A stretch of 64,000 nucleotides of DNA. Origin: a virus. Lineage: Duplodnaviria; Caudoviricetes. Position 1 is the stretch's first letter, and each line of letters starts with the position of its first letter. Below the pieces are notes generated by a model. The model worked only from the letters and a program-made list of their open reading frames with translations. It did no database searches and was not told the DNA's origin. The DNA is taken from IMG/VR virus record IMGVR_UViG_2627853766_000003. One strand, given 5' to 3'. Shown piece by piece: positions 28,428-37,920 of the stretch. The position numbers and the translations under genes were made by a program.

Positions 28428-28489
28428 TAAGGCGCTTCCTTAGTTCGTATAGTAGGCAATACCTTAGTCCGTGTCAAGGCATTGCCTTA
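28428..28489 (-). promoter_or_regulatory. PL promoter with three OL operators
   Basis: Minus-strand TTGACA-17-TACTAT; 15-bp quasi-palindromes TAAGGCGCTTCCTTA (28428), GTAGGCAATACCTTA (28452), CAAGGCATTGCCTTA (28475). Confidence 0.85.
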
Positions 28490-28566
28490 ATTATTTATTT
28501 TAAATAAGGTGGAGGGATAGAAAACTATCTGGAACAGCAGGAAGGATAGGGAAGTATGCGGATAAC

Positions 28567-28590
28567 AAAAACCCACCGCGAAGGGTGGGC
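28567..28590 (-). terminator. Terminator after cI
   Basis: AAAA-CCCACC-loop-GGTGGG. Confidence 0.6.
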
Positions 28591-28612
28591 CGGCTTCAAA
28601 AGTTGGCGATTA

Positions 28613-29275
28613 TTACTCGGGAACCCATTTCCCAATGACGACGCCAACAATTCTTGAGCCTTCCGGTATGGTCATGATTCTTGGTACATGTGATGGATTC
28701 AGCGCCTGCAGCATCATTGTGCCCTCTGAATCGATTAACAACTGCTTGAATGTGGCTTTTTCCTCGTGGTCAATCCGCACCACTACCATCGATTTGTTGA
28801 TCGCTTCTTTCTTCGGGTCCACGGCGATGTATTCACCTGGGGCATATGACTTTTCCCCGCCCGGGTTGTACATGCTGTGGCCCACTACCTGTAAGACGAA
28901 AGACTGTTCGCTATGCTTGAAAGGGCAGGCAATCCAGTCTTCTGCGTCGCCAGGATGGAAGTTGTCAACGATGTCCGACCACTCCCCCGCTTGAACCCAT
29001 GATATCAATGGAAGTTTCCCCCTATTCTCAACAGCAACAGCGTTGTAATCGAGCTTGCGCTCGGTGGCATTGACGTCTTCAACCCCTGTCAATAAGTGAT
29101 TTACTGTTGTTTTTAAGAGACGAGCAAGTCCCGGTAGTTTATCCTGCTCTGGCTTTCCAAGGGCGCGCTCCCATTCGGAAACGCTGACGCTACTGATGTC
29201 GAAGTAGTCTCCGACATCTTTTTGAGTGAGGCCGAGGGCCTTCCGGCGCGCTCTGATTATTTGACCAATTTCCAT
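28613..29275 (-). CDS. cI: CI-like repressor (HTH plus S24 peptidase)
   Basis: IRARRKALGLTQ...SVSEWE; PLISWVQAG; V.GHSM; ATFKQL; start at MEIGQ. Confidence 0.92.
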   Translation of the reverse strand: MEIGQIIRARRKALGLTQKDVGDYFDISSVSVSEWERALGKPEQDKLPGLARLLKTTVNHLLTGVEDVNATERKLDYNAVAVENRGKLPLISWVQAGEWSDIVDNFHPGDAEDWIACPFKHSEQSFVLQVVGHSMYNPGGEKSYAPGEYIAVDPKKEAINKSMVVVRIDHEEKATFKQLLIDSEGTMMLQALNPSHVPRIMTIPEGSRIVGVVIGKWVPE

Positions 29276-29339
29276 AAGGCGTAGCCTAACATTTGCAATT
29301 AAGGTATTCCCTGCTACAATCAACTAAGGCAACTCCTTA
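29275..29339. promoter_or_regulatory. OR operators with PR and PRM
   Basis: TAAGGCGTAGCCTAA (29275), TAAGGTATTCCCTGC (29300), TAAGGCAACTCCTTA (29325) at 25-bp spacing; TGc-TACAAT extended -10 at 29315; minus-strand TAGGCT 7 nt before the cI ATG. Confidence 0.85.
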
Positions 29340-29350
29340 ATGAGTGAAAT

Positions 29351-29599
29351 ATGACACCCGAAAACGAAGTAAAAAAAGCAGTTGACGAAGCAGGCGGCGC
29401 AGCTGTTGTCGCTAAATTCTTCGGAATACACCCAGTTTCTGTCTATGAGTGGATCGAAAAAGGGCGCGTTCCAGCTGATCGAGCACCTGATCTCGAAAAG
29501 CTCTGCAACGGCGCCGTTCTGTGTGAAGTGCTGGCGCCTGGGACGAACTGGCAATATTTGCGCAGCACTCACGCTGAAACTGAAAAGGTGTCGCTGTGA
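29351..29599 (+). CDS. cro: Cro-like repressor
   Basis: KAVDEAGG...VAKFFGI...SVYEW...GRVPA.R...LE....G; divergent from cI. Confidence 0.85.
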   Translation: MTPENEVKKAVDEAGGAAVVAKFFGIHPVSVYEWIEKGRVPADRAPDLEKLCNGAVLCEVLAPGTNWQYLRSTHAETEKVSL

Positions 29600-29904
29600 G
29601 CACAGAAACAGTTTCTACCGATCCGGTTGAAAACACCCGCAAGACGGCTGCAAAGATTGAGTCCGAACTTTTGCGCAGGATTTCACAGGTCACGCAGGAG
29701 CATGCAGCCGCTTGCATGGGCACTAGCGCCAGCACGATCAGCCGGTTCAAACAGGAGCACTTGCTGACCTTCTGCAACCTCCTGGCGGCCATCGGCCTGC
29801 AGGTAGCGGCGACCGACTCCGTGGTGGTGGACAAAGACGATCAGCGCGCGCTCAAGCGCATGGCCTTCAACTGGCTCAAGGCTGACCTCGAAAACGACGC
29901 TTAA
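29596..29904 (+). CDS. cII: CII-like activator
   Basis: KIESELLRRI...TQ..AA..MG.S.STISR.K.....F..LLAA.GL. Confidence 0.8.
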   Translation: MSTETVSTDPVENTRKTAAKIESELLRRISQVTQEHAAACMGTSASTISRFKQEHLLTFCNLLAAIGLQVAATDSVVVDKDDQRALKRMAFNWLKADLENDA

Positions 29905-29913
29905 GGATTCTCC

Positions 29914-30102
29914 ATGAACATTCCAACCATCCAGCGCGACGCGCACCTGGCCGCTGAAGCAGGCCGCCCAATTACCGCTTGCCCATACACCGACGAGCTG
30001 GCCGTGCATCACTGGCGCAAGGCGTATGCCGATCGTATGGCTGAGTTCACCGGTGAGTCCGTGGTGGCCAACCTGTTTGCGCGTGCCTGGGCGACTGCCT
30101 AA
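29914..30102 (+). CDS. Small Rmf/CrpP-fold-like protein
   Basis: AA.AGR....CPY........W...Y. Confidence 0.5.
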   Translation: MNIPTIQRDAHLAAEAGRPITACPYTDELAVHHWRKAYADRMAEFTGESVVANLFARAWATA

Positions 30103-30173
30103 TGTTCCCGCTCGTCATCATCGCCATCACGGTGCTCATGCTGTGGGCGATCGCCAATCATCCTAAGGAATAG
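30102..30173 (+). CDS. 23-aa hydrophobic peptide (not in the ORF track)
   Basis: MFPLVIIAITVLMLWAIANHPKE; ATG overlaps the upstream stop and it ends 2 nt before the next ATG. Confidence 0.45.
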   Translation: MFPLVIIAITVLMLWAIANHPKE

Positions 30174-30175
30174 CT

Positions 30176-30610
30176 ATGAGCCAGCCACTTACAAAGCGCA
30201 ACGAGATGCGCGAAATTCGCACCGCCATCAAAACTGTTTTGCGCAGCGCACCGCAGGGCATGGGGCTGAATGACTTGGCAGAAAACGTCTATACCATACT
30301 GCCCGATGCCACTTACGAACAGATCAAGCGCTCCGTTTTCATCATGCAGGGCAACGGCATCACCGCCAATCGCTCCCACGCCCGCAACATCTATTTCCTG
30401 GATGGTGCCGTGATCGAGCCGCCAGAGCCTGAGCATTTGACGTACAAGCCGCGGGCGGTCGTCAAACCACCGCTGGAGAGCAAAAGGGAAGTCATGCCGG
30501 TGAAGCAGAAAACAGTTCCTGCTCGGGCCGGCCTGTTCACTGCTGAGCGCCGTACGCCGATGCAATGGTGCGTCGATACGCTGGCTTTGATGTCGATGGC
30601 GGGGGCTTAA
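30176..30610 (+). CDS. Hypothetical phage protein, possible winged helix
   Basis: AAGGA RBS; in operon. Confidence 0.6.
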   Translation: MSQPLTKRNEMREIRTAIKTVLRSAPQGMGLNDLAENVYTILPDATYEQIKRSVFIMQGNGITANRSHARNIYFLDGAVIEPPEPEHLTYKPRAVVKPPLESKREVMPVKQKTVPARAGLFTAERRTPMQWCVDTLALMSMAGA

Positions 30611-31309
30611 ATGGCCAGAATTCGCACAATCAAGCCTGAATTTTGGGCCAACGAACAGGTAATGGATTGCTCGCCGATGGCTCGGCTGCTGTTTATCGGT
30701 CTCTGGAACTTTTGTGATGACGGTGGCAACCACCCGGCCAGCTCGAAGACGCTCAAGGCTGAAATCTTCCCAGGTGACGATATTACCTCGACAGATGTTC
30801 AGGTATTACTCGACGAGTTGGAGTCGAATCGTCTGATAGCTCTGTACACCGCACAGGATAAGGCTTTCTGGCATGTAACTGGCTGGAATCACCAGAAAAT
30901 CGACAAGCCAACACTCAAATATCCACCGTTTCCTGATGAAAAGCCTGCACAGGCTCGACTAGAACTCTCCGAGTCCTCACCCCCGGAAGGGAAGGGGAAG
31001 GGAAGGGTAAGGGAAGTAAAGACATTGTCGGGAGAACCCGACGCAATCGAAATTCTGAACCACCTCAACGAAAAAACCGGAAGGTCGTACAAACCTGTCG
31101 AGGCGAATATTCGATTGATCGTTGCCAGGCTCAACGAGTCCAGCATCGAGGAATGTAAAGCCGTCATCGATGTGAAGGTCGAGGAATGGTTGGAAAACGC
31201 CACGATGTCGCAATACCTGCGCCCTGAAACGCTTTTCGGAGCAACCAAATTCGCGCAATACGTGGGTCAGCTGGGTAGCTCTGGAGGCGGGTCTAACCCG
31301 TTCGTCTGA
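30611..31309 (+). CDS. Phage replication initiator
   Basis: MARIRTIKPEFW...RLLFIGLWNFCDD.G; C-terminal YLRPETLFG.TKF..Y; purine repeats at ~30985-31017. Confidence 0.88.
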   Translation: MARIRTIKPEFWANEQVMDCSPMARLLFIGLWNFCDDGGNHPASSKTLKAEIFPGDDITSTDVQVLLDELESNRLIALYTAQDKAFWHVTGWNHQKIDKPTLKYPPFPDEKPAQARLELSESSPPEGKGKGRVREVKTLSGEPDAIEILNHLNEKTGRSYKPVEANIRLIVARLNESSIEECKAVIDVKVEEWLENATMSQYLRPETLFGATKFAQYVGQLGSSGGGSNPFV

Positions 31310-31662
31310 TGCGCGGCGACCGGCAAATCCTGCGCGAACGAGTGGCCGGCTACATGCCGAAGGCTGTTTTTGTGAATGCTGGGTATGCCGATCTGCCGAT
31401 CACGAACAAGTACGACGACCCGGAAAACGGGATGCAGTTTGGCTTGCTGCCGACTGTGGAAATTCCCGCCAACGAGATGCACCGGGCGCATGATTTCCGG
31501 TTCCTGGTGAACTGCCGTGTGCATGTGCATGGTCCAGCGATGGATGAAGGCTTCTGCAGGATCGTGGAACAGATAGCCGAGAAAGCCGCGCATGTCATCG
31601 CATGCGCCGGCGACGAGATGATGGAATTCAAAAAAGGGGAGTGGACAGCATGGAGCTTCTGA
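31309..31662 (+). CDS. Hypothetical phage protein
   Basis: Coupled between the initiator and the helicase. Confidence 0.6.
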   Translation: MRGDRQILRERVAGYMPKAVFVNAGYADLPITNKYDDPENGMQFGLLPTVEIPANEMHRAHDFRFLVNCRVHVHGPAMDEGFCRIVEQIAEKAAHVIACAGDEMMEFKKGEWTAWSF

Positions 31663-32567
31663 CCGAAGACATGATCGATTTTGAAGGCTACCTGGCCGAG
31701 ACAGAGCCGCAGGAGCGTGTGCGCAGCGTGGCGATGTATGCGGACGAAGTAATTGCCGAGCTGGCGCCGGATGTGCTGGGAAGCGCGCCGAAATATCCTA
31801 AGATGCCGTTTGCTAACTGCTGGCTGTATTTCGCGCCAGGCGAGGTCACGCTGTGGGGTGGCTTCAACGGTTCCGGCAAGTCGATGCTGCAGGGCCAGGT
31901 CCTTTCTACCCTGGCGCAAGACGGGCATAAGTCCTGTACTGCGAGCTTCGAAATGAAGCCGCCAAAGACCATTTCGCGCATGATTCGTCAGCATACCGGC
32001 CTGCGTCATCCGACCCCCGAGCAGGTGCGCAACTTCATCCAGAAAACAGAAAAAAGCATGTGGGTGTACGACCAGCAAGGATCGGTTCACCCGAAGCGCT
32101 TGTTTGCGGTTATCCGGCATTGCGCTGAAAAGCTGGGTTGCACACATATTGCCGTCGACTCGCTCATGAAGTGCGTGAAAGGCACTGACGACTACAACGG
32201 CCAGAAGGAATTTGTCGATCAGCTCACCATCATTGCGCGCGATCTCAACATCCACATTCACCTTGTCGTTCACCTGAAAAAGGGCGAAGGCGACGAGAAG
32301 ATGCCGACGCGCATGGACATCAGCGGCTCCGGCGCCATCGCCGACCTGGTCGACAACGTGGTGCTGGTCTACCGCAACAAGCGCAAGGAGCGCGATGTCG
32401 ACGCCGGCAAGACACCTCCGGACGACATGGCTGATACGTTGCTGATCTGCGACAAGTCACGTAACGGCGAATGGGAAGGGCGCGTCAAGCTGTGGTTTGA
32501 CCCGCAATCCCAGAAATTCACCGACTTCAACAAGAACGCTCGCCGCGGCCTCGCGCGCGTTTTGTGA
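31650..32567 (+). CDS. SF4 (DnaB/T7 gp4-like) helicase
   Basis: GEVTLWGGFNGSGKS, SFEM, VDSL, HLVVH, DISGSG.I.DL.DN, KSRNGE. Confidence 0.88.
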   Translation: MELLTEDMIDFEGYLAETEPQERVRSVAMYADEVIAELAPDVLGSAPKYPKMPFANCWLYFAPGEVTLWGGFNGSGKSMLQGQVLSTLAQDGHKSCTASFEMKPPKTISRMIRQHTGLRHPTPEQVRNFIQKTEKSMWVYDQQGSVHPKRLFAVIRHCAEKLGCTHIAVDSLMKCVKGTDDYNGQKEFVDQLTIIARDLNIHIHLVVHLKKGEGDEKMPTRMDISGSGAIADLVDNVVLVYRNKRKERDVDAGKTPPDDMADTLLICDKSRNGEWEGRVKLWFDPQSQKFTDFNKNARRGLARVL

Positions 32568-32582
32568 CGCATAAGGAAAACC

Positions 32583-33077
32583 ATGAAACCAATCACCCTC
32601 ACACTGCCATACCCGATATCGGCAAACCGATATTGGAACTCGTTCCCACTTGGCGGGCGCACGATGACCGCGCCATCGTCCGAGGCCAAGAAGTACAAAA
32701 AGACCGTGGCACTCCTGGCAATGGCCGCCGGCATCCGCGCGCCGATCACCGGCCGGGTGCAGATCGACATCAAGCTCTACCCGCACCGGCCGCTCGACTG
32801 GCAAAAGCGTATGAAGCGTGATGGCGCCGCCTGGGATGATACCGTGCAATGCCTGGATCTGGACAACGCCAGGAAGGTTCTCTACGACTCACTCAAGGGC
32901 GTGGCAATCGAGGATGACAAATGGGTGCGGCGCGACACCGGCGAGCGCATGGAGCCGGACGGCGAGGCCAGGGTGGTGGTGACGATAACGCCGATTGCGA
33001 CAGAACAGCCACAGCTTGGCTTGGACATCACCACCGCCTGCCCAGCGCTGTGGCCGTCGACTGAGGGGGCGTTTTGA
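32583..33077 (+). CDS. rusA: RusA-family Holliday junction resolvase
   Basis: LPYP.SANRYW...DLDN..K...DSL.....EDD. Confidence 0.85.
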   Translation: MKPITLTLPYPISANRYWNSFPLGGRTMTAPSSEAKKYKKTVALLAMAAGIRAPITGRVQIDIKLYPHRPLDWQKRMKRDGAAWDDTVQCLDLDNARKVLYDSLKGVAIEDDKWVRRDTGERMEPDGEARVVVTITPIATEQPQLGLDITTACPALWPSTEGAF

Positions 33078-33080
33078 TCT

Positions 33081-33419
33081 ATGCTGATGCCGGTTAAACA
33101 CGATCCGATCGACTGGTCCCGCGTAATTGCAGATTTAGTGCAACGCGGGTTCACAGTCGCGTCAATCGCTGCTAGCATCGCAGTTCCACCTACGACCGTG
33201 GGCGGCTGGCGCAACGCCGATGCCGAACCACACTACGACAGCGGGGAGCGCTTGGTGCTCCTGTGGTGCAATGCAACACGCCTGGAACGTAGCGAATTAC
33301 CCACAACGACTAAGCCTAGAAAACCCACAGGATTCCGTCGGACGACATGGATACAGTTGACCCTTATCGAAGGCAACGAAATGTATCCAAGTGACCAAAC
33401 CTGCAAATTCAACTGTTGA
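33081..33419 (+). CDS. HTH protein, possible late regulator
   Basis: IDWSRVIADL...G......IA....V...TV.GW.....EP....GE.L..LW. Confidence 0.65.
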   Translation: MLMPVKHDPIDWSRVIADLVQRGFTVASIAASIAVPPTTVGGWRNADAEPHYDSGERLVLLWCNATRLERSELPTTTKPRKPTGFRRTTWIQLTLIEGNEMYPSDQTCKFNC

Positions 33420-34020
33420 TTGGGAACGCATTGAGGCCGATTACCGGGCCGGTTTGCTTTCGCTTCGCGAGATTTCCTCAGCTAATCCTGGCGCGAACCA
33501 TGTAGCTATCGCGCGCCGTGCCAAAAAAGAAGGATGGATCCGCGACCTATCTGCCAAGATCAAAGCGCAGGCCGATAACCTTGTAACAAAGCAAGCTGTT
33601 ACAGAAGAGGTTACACAACAGCGCGCTGTTACAGATCGGCAGATCGTTGAGGTCAATGCCCAGGTCATTGCCAACATCCGTATTGCTCATCGCAAAGATA
33701 TTCAGCGCTTTCGCGCCTTGGCGATCTCGCTGCTGAGCGAGTTAGAAGCTGAGACCGGCAGCCTTGACCTATTCATCGAACTGGGTGAGCTGCTGCGCAA
33801 GGAAGACGACAAGGGGGTCGACAAGCGTAATGACCTCTACATGAAGGTCATCTCCAGCGCCAGCCGCGTGGACAGCGCCAAGAAGCTGGCCGAGACATTG
33901 AAGATACTGGTCGGGCTGGAGCGTGAAGCCTATGGCTTAGTCGACAGCCAGAGCAAAGAGATTGCCGCCGATAACCTGGCCAGCGTGCTGGAGCAGGCGC
34001 GCAAGAGGGTTTATCCATGA
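33391..34020 (+). CDS. Terminase small subunit
   Basis: DWERIEADYRAG.LSLREI...AI..RAKKEGW.RDL; coupled to the large subunit. Confidence 0.8.
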   Translation: MTKPANSTVDWERIEADYRAGLLSLREISSANPGANHVAIARRAKKEGWIRDLSAKIKAQADNLVTKQAVTEEVTQQRAVTDRQIVEVNAQVIANIRIAHRKDIQRFRALAISLLSELEAETGSLDLFIELGELLRKEDDKGVDKRNDLYMKVISSASRVDSAKKLAETLKILVGLEREAYGLVDSQSKEIAADNLASVLEQARKRVYP

Positions 34021-35561
34021 CCCCCGAACAACAACTTATTGAGGAAATGGCCCTGTGCAGCCTTGACCCGTTGCGCTTCGTGCTGTTCGCCTTCCCATGG
34101 GGATCTGGTGAGTTGGCTGATGAGCCGGGGCCGGACGAGTGGCAGATCAGCGTGCTGTGCGATATTCGCGATCGGCTGAAGTCTGGCGCTGCGACCACCA
34201 CCGAAGCCATCCAGATCGCTGTTGCATCCGGCCACGGTATCGGTAAATCCTGCCTGGTGGCCTGGGTTATTGAGTGGGCTATGTGCACCCACGAAGACAC
34301 CCGCGGCGTGGTCACGGCGAATACAGAAGCGCAACTAAAGTCCAAGACCTGGGCAGAGCTGGCCAAGTGGCACCGCCTGTGCATCTGTGCCCACTGGTTT
34401 GAGCTGACAGCCACAGCGTTGTTCAGCCGCCAGGAGCAGCATGAGAAGACTTGGCGCATTGACATGTCGCCATGGTCCGAGCGCAACACTGAGGCGTTCG
34501 CCGGCCTGCACAACAGCGGCAAGCGCGTGCTGATGGTGTTCGACGAGGGTTCAGCCATCCCAGACGTGATATGGGAAGTGGCTGAAGGTGCGCTGACGGA
34601 CGCCAACACGCAGATCATCTGGTGCGCCTTCGGCAATCCAACACGCAACAGCGGTCGCTTCCGTGAATGCTTTGGGCGGTTCAAGCACCGCTGGATCACG
34701 CGCCAGATCGACAGCCGCACCGCGCGTAAGGCCAACAAGGCCCAACTCGACCAATGGGTGAAAGACTATGGTGAAGATTCTGACTTTGTGCGTGTACGTG
34801 TGCGCGGGGTGTTCCCTCGCGCTGGCTCTACTCAATTCATTGGTTCGGACATCGTCCAGGCTGCGGCTAAACGTGAGGCCCATGCAGGTATCTACGATGC
34901 TCTTGTGCTTGGCGTTGATCCTGCTCGCTTTGGCGACGACGAATCGGTTATCTACATCCGCAAAGGGCGAGACGGTTCAACCCACGTGCCGCTCAAGTTC
35001 CGTGGTTTAGACACGATGCAGCTGGCCGCCCGCGTGGCCGAGCAATACGAGTTCTACCGCGCTGATGCCATCTTCGTCGACGAGGGTGGCCTGGGCGGCG
35101 GCGTGGTTGATCGCCTGCGCCAGATGCGCATTCCCTGCATCGGCGTGAACAATGGGTCAACACCCGATCGCAGCACACCAGGCCAAGAGCAGGTCGTCTA
35201 CAACAATAAGGCAGCCGAGATGTGGGGCGTCATGCGTGAATGGCTCAAGACTGGCGGCTCGATCCCACCGGATGATATTGATCTGCATGCCCAGTTGGAA
35301 GGCCGGGAATACGGCTATGTCATGCGCGACGGCCGGGACGCCATCATCCTCGAAAAGAAATCCGACATGAAGAAGCGCGGCCTGTCGTCGCCAGACATCG
35401 CTGACGCTCTCGCATTGACCTTTGCCTATCCAGTGCAACCCAATGCGAATGCAGGACGTGCAGCAGGGCATTTGACACCGACCGTGCAGCATGAGTACGA
35501 CCCCTTCAACTCTCAACCGCAGCGCGTGTCGAGAGAATATGACCCGATGAATGAAAGGTAA
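34017..35561 (+). CDS. Terminase large subunit
   Basis: ASGHGIGKS, VFDEGS, FGNPTR, GVDPAR.G.D, SPD.ADALALTF. Confidence 0.93.
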   Translation: MTPEQQLIEEMALCSLDPLRFVLFAFPWGSGELADEPGPDEWQISVLCDIRDRLKSGAATTTEAIQIAVASGHGIGKSCLVAWVIEWAMCTHEDTRGVVTANTEAQLKSKTWAELAKWHRLCICAHWFELTATALFSRQEQHEKTWRIDMSPWSERNTEAFAGLHNSGKRVLMVFDEGSAIPDVIWEVAEGALTDANTQIIWCAFGNPTRNSGRFRECFGRFKHRWITRQIDSRTARKANKAQLDQWVKDYGEDSDFVRVRVRGVFPRAGSTQFIGSDIVQAAAKREAHAGIYDALVLGVDPARFGDDESVIYIRKGRDGSTHVPLKFRGLDTMQLAARVAEQYEFYRADAIFVDEGGLGGGVVDRLRQMRIPCIGVNNGSTPDRSTPGQEQVVYNNKAAEMWGVMREWLKTGGSIPPDDIDLHAQLEGREYGYVMRDGRDAIILEKKSDMKKRGLSSPDIADALALTFAYPVQPNANAGRAAGHLTPTVQHEYDPFNSQPQRVSREYDPMNER

Positions 35562-35566
35562 CGATC

Positions 35567-35770
35567 ATGGGCGGCTCCGCACCAACACCACCATCAGTAA
35601 CCGTACCACCACCTATCCCGATGATGCAGTCGCCGACCGGCGCCGCAGCATCAGCAGCAGTCACGCAGCGCGCTAGCGCTGCAATTGGCCCGGCCGCAAC
35701 CATCATGACCGGCCCGGAAGGATTGACCCAGCCGGCCACCACCAGCAATAAAACCTTACTCGGGAGTTGA
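35567..35770 (+). CDS. Small virion-associated protein preceding the portal
   Basis: Pro-rich; TIMTG..G...KTLLG end typical of this position in podoviruses. Confidence 0.7.
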   Translation: MGGSAPTPPSVTVPPPIPMMQSPTGAAASAAVTQRASAAIGPAATIMTGPEGLTQPATTSNKTLLGS

Positions 35771-36177
35771 ACATGAGCAAAGTAACTGACGCATTCGCAG
35801 CAATTAAGGCCAAGGTCGAGGGAGCCATGCAACTGGCTGACCCTGAAACAGCGCTGAAGGAAGCCGAGCATGCCTTCATGGATGTGCTGGCCGCCGCGCA
35901 TGAAGAGCTGGATCAGCGTGTTGCTGCACTGGAAGCGATGGCCAAGCCCGCAGTGGCTGAGGTTGAAGCAGTGGCCAAGACTGGCGCCGGCGAGGCGGAA
36001 GGCATCCTAGGTAAGATCGGCGATTTTGTCGAGCATCTAGTCCATCCCGATGCCGTGCCAGTAGCACCAGCAGAACCTGTGAGTACAGCGGTATGGGGGA
36101 CTGCTGCTGCGCCTGCCACGGCTACTGAAACAGCGCCAGCGGCCGCTATTGAAGCTCCTGGTACGCCCATCATCTAA
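35767..36177 (+). CDS. Ala-rich hypothetical protein
   Basis: In operon, RBS present. Confidence 0.6.
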   Translation: MNMSKVTDAFAAIKAKVEGAMQLADPETALKEAEHAFMDVLAAAHEELDQRVAALEAMAKPAVAEVEAVAKTGAGEAEGILGKIGDFVEHLVHPDAVPVAPAEPVSTAVWGTAAAPATATETAPAAAIEAPGTPII

Positions 36178-36186
36178 GGCTGACTA

Positions 36187-37920
36187 ATGACCACCATGGC
36201 CACATCAGCAGAACTGAAGCCGTCGCAGAAGGGCGCAGGCGATAATGTCACGCCCGATACTATGCGGCTGCGCGAGCATTGCGACCAGCTCTTGATCGGG
36301 CTACGCAATGACCGCATGAGCTGGTGGACCCATTGGCGCGAGATCGCCGACTATCTAATCCCGCGCCGGTACAAGTGGCTGATCACACCGAACCAGGGCA
36401 ACCGTGGCTCACCGATTAACCAGCGCATCATCGACAACACCGGAACGATCGCGCTGCGGGTGCTGCAGGCCGGCATGATGTCAGGTATCACATCACCTGG
36501 CCGGCCATGGTTCAAGATGGCCACCGACAACGATGAACTGAACGCGCTCGGTCCTGTAAAGCTGTGGCTGGACGAATGCCAGAAGCGCTTGGCGCGAGTC
36601 TTCGCCGAGTCAAATTTCTACACATCGCTGGCTACGATCTATGGCGACCTGGGTGCATTCGGCACTGGGGTGATGATCATCTATCAAGACTACGACGACA
36701 TCATCCGCTGTTTCAACACCTGCGCTGGCGAATACTTCCTGGCCAACGATGACCGCCAAGACGTCAGCACACTGGGCCGTGAGTTCGTCCTGACCGTCAA
36801 ACAGGTTGCTGAGCAGTTCGGCTTGGAGAATTGCAGCCAGACCATTAAGGGCGCGATCCAGACCGGCGGCGCCATGCTCACCCGCGAGGTCAAGGTAGGC
36901 CACCTGATCGAGCGTAACAGTGATCTGGTCCCTGGCGCCCCAGGCGTCAAGGGTATGGAGTGGCGCGAGATCTACTGGGAGATGGGCACCGGACAGAACC
37001 TGCTGTTGCGCGTTCGCGGCTTCCACGAAAAGCCATTCATCGCCCCTCGCTGGGATATCGTGGGCAACGATGCCTACGGCCGCAGTCCTGGCATGGACGC
37101 CCTGGGCGACATCAAGATGCTGCAGGTAGAGCAGAAGCGCAAGGCACAGGCGATCGACAAGCACGTCAACCCGCCGATGATTGCGGACATATCGCTTAAG
37201 AACGAGCCGGCCAGCATGCTCCCAGGCGGTGTGACCTATATCGCTGGAAACCTCAACGGCGTCGGCTTCAAACCAGCCTATGAGATCGCACCAGATTTCA
37301 GCGGCCTGTCGAACGACATCAAGGATGTGCAGGGCCGTATCAAGGTCACGTTCTTCAACGACCTGTTCATGATGATCAGCCAGCTGGACACCGTGCGCAC
37401 CGCAACTGAGATCGATGCTCGCAAGGAAGAAAAGCTGATCCAGCTCGGGCCGGTGCTGGAGCGTTTCGAGAACGAAGCACTGGACCCGGCCATCAACTGC
37501 GCATTCAACATCATGTTGCGCACCGGCCAGCTGCCGCCGATCCCGCAGGAGCTGTCTGGCATCCACATCAAGATAGAATACATCTCAATGCTGGCCGAGG
37601 CTCAGCGTGCTGCCAGTACTGCCGGCATCGAGCGGCTGGCCGGCTTCGTCGGCAACATCGCTGCAGTCAAGCCTGAGGTGCTGGATAACCTGGACTTCGA
37701 CGAGATCATCGACACCTACGCTGACATGCTGGGCGTAACACCCAAGGCCATCGTGCCTATCGTCAAGGTCATGCAGATCCGCGCCGCGCGCAGCCAGCAG
37801 ATGCAGCAGCAACAGGCACTGCAGAACAGCACAGCCGCCGCACAGGGCGCACAGACACTCAGCCAGACAGACACCGGCGGCGGTATCTCTGCGCTTCAGA
37901 AGATGTTGGGGAACGGGTGA
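36187..37920 (+). CDS. Portal (head-tail connector) protein
   Basis: W.EIADY..P, GMMSGITSP.RPWF, YGRSPGM.AL.D, TATEI..R.EEK...LGPVLER. Confidence 0.93.
   Translation: MTTMATSAELKPSQKGAGDNVTPDTMRLREHCDQLLIGLRNDRMSWWTHWREIADYLIPRRYKWLITPNQGNRGSPINQRIIDNTGTIALRVLQAGMMSGITSPGRPWFKMATDNDELNALGPVKLWLDECQKRLARVFAESNFYTSLATIYGDLGAFGTGVMIIYQDYDDIIRCFNTCAGEYFLANDDRQDVSTLGREFVLTVKQVAEQFGLENCSQTIKGAIQTGGAMLTREVKVGHLIERNSDLVPGAPGVKGMEWREIYWEMGTGQNLLLRVRGFHEKPFIAPRWDIVGNDAYGRSPGMDALGDIKMLQVEQKRKAQAIDKHVNPPMIADISLKNEPASMLPGGVTYIAGNLNGVGFKPAYEIAPDFSGLSNDIKDVQGRIKVTFFNDLFMMISQLDTVRTATEIDARKEEKLIQLGPVLERFENEALDPAINCAFNIMLRTGQLPPIPQELSGIHIKIEYISMLAEAQRAASTAGIERLAGFVGNIAAVKPEVLDNLDFDEIIDTYADMLGVTPKAIVPIVKVMQIRAARSQQMQQQQALQNSTAAAQGAQTLSQTDTGGGISALQKMLGNG

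Noticed and set aside
33990-34020. TerS C-terminal RKRVYP as another copy of the scaffold-like tag
   Set aside because: Only VYP matches; the upstream small residues and downstream hydrophobic residue are missing, and the end is constrained by overlap with TerL.
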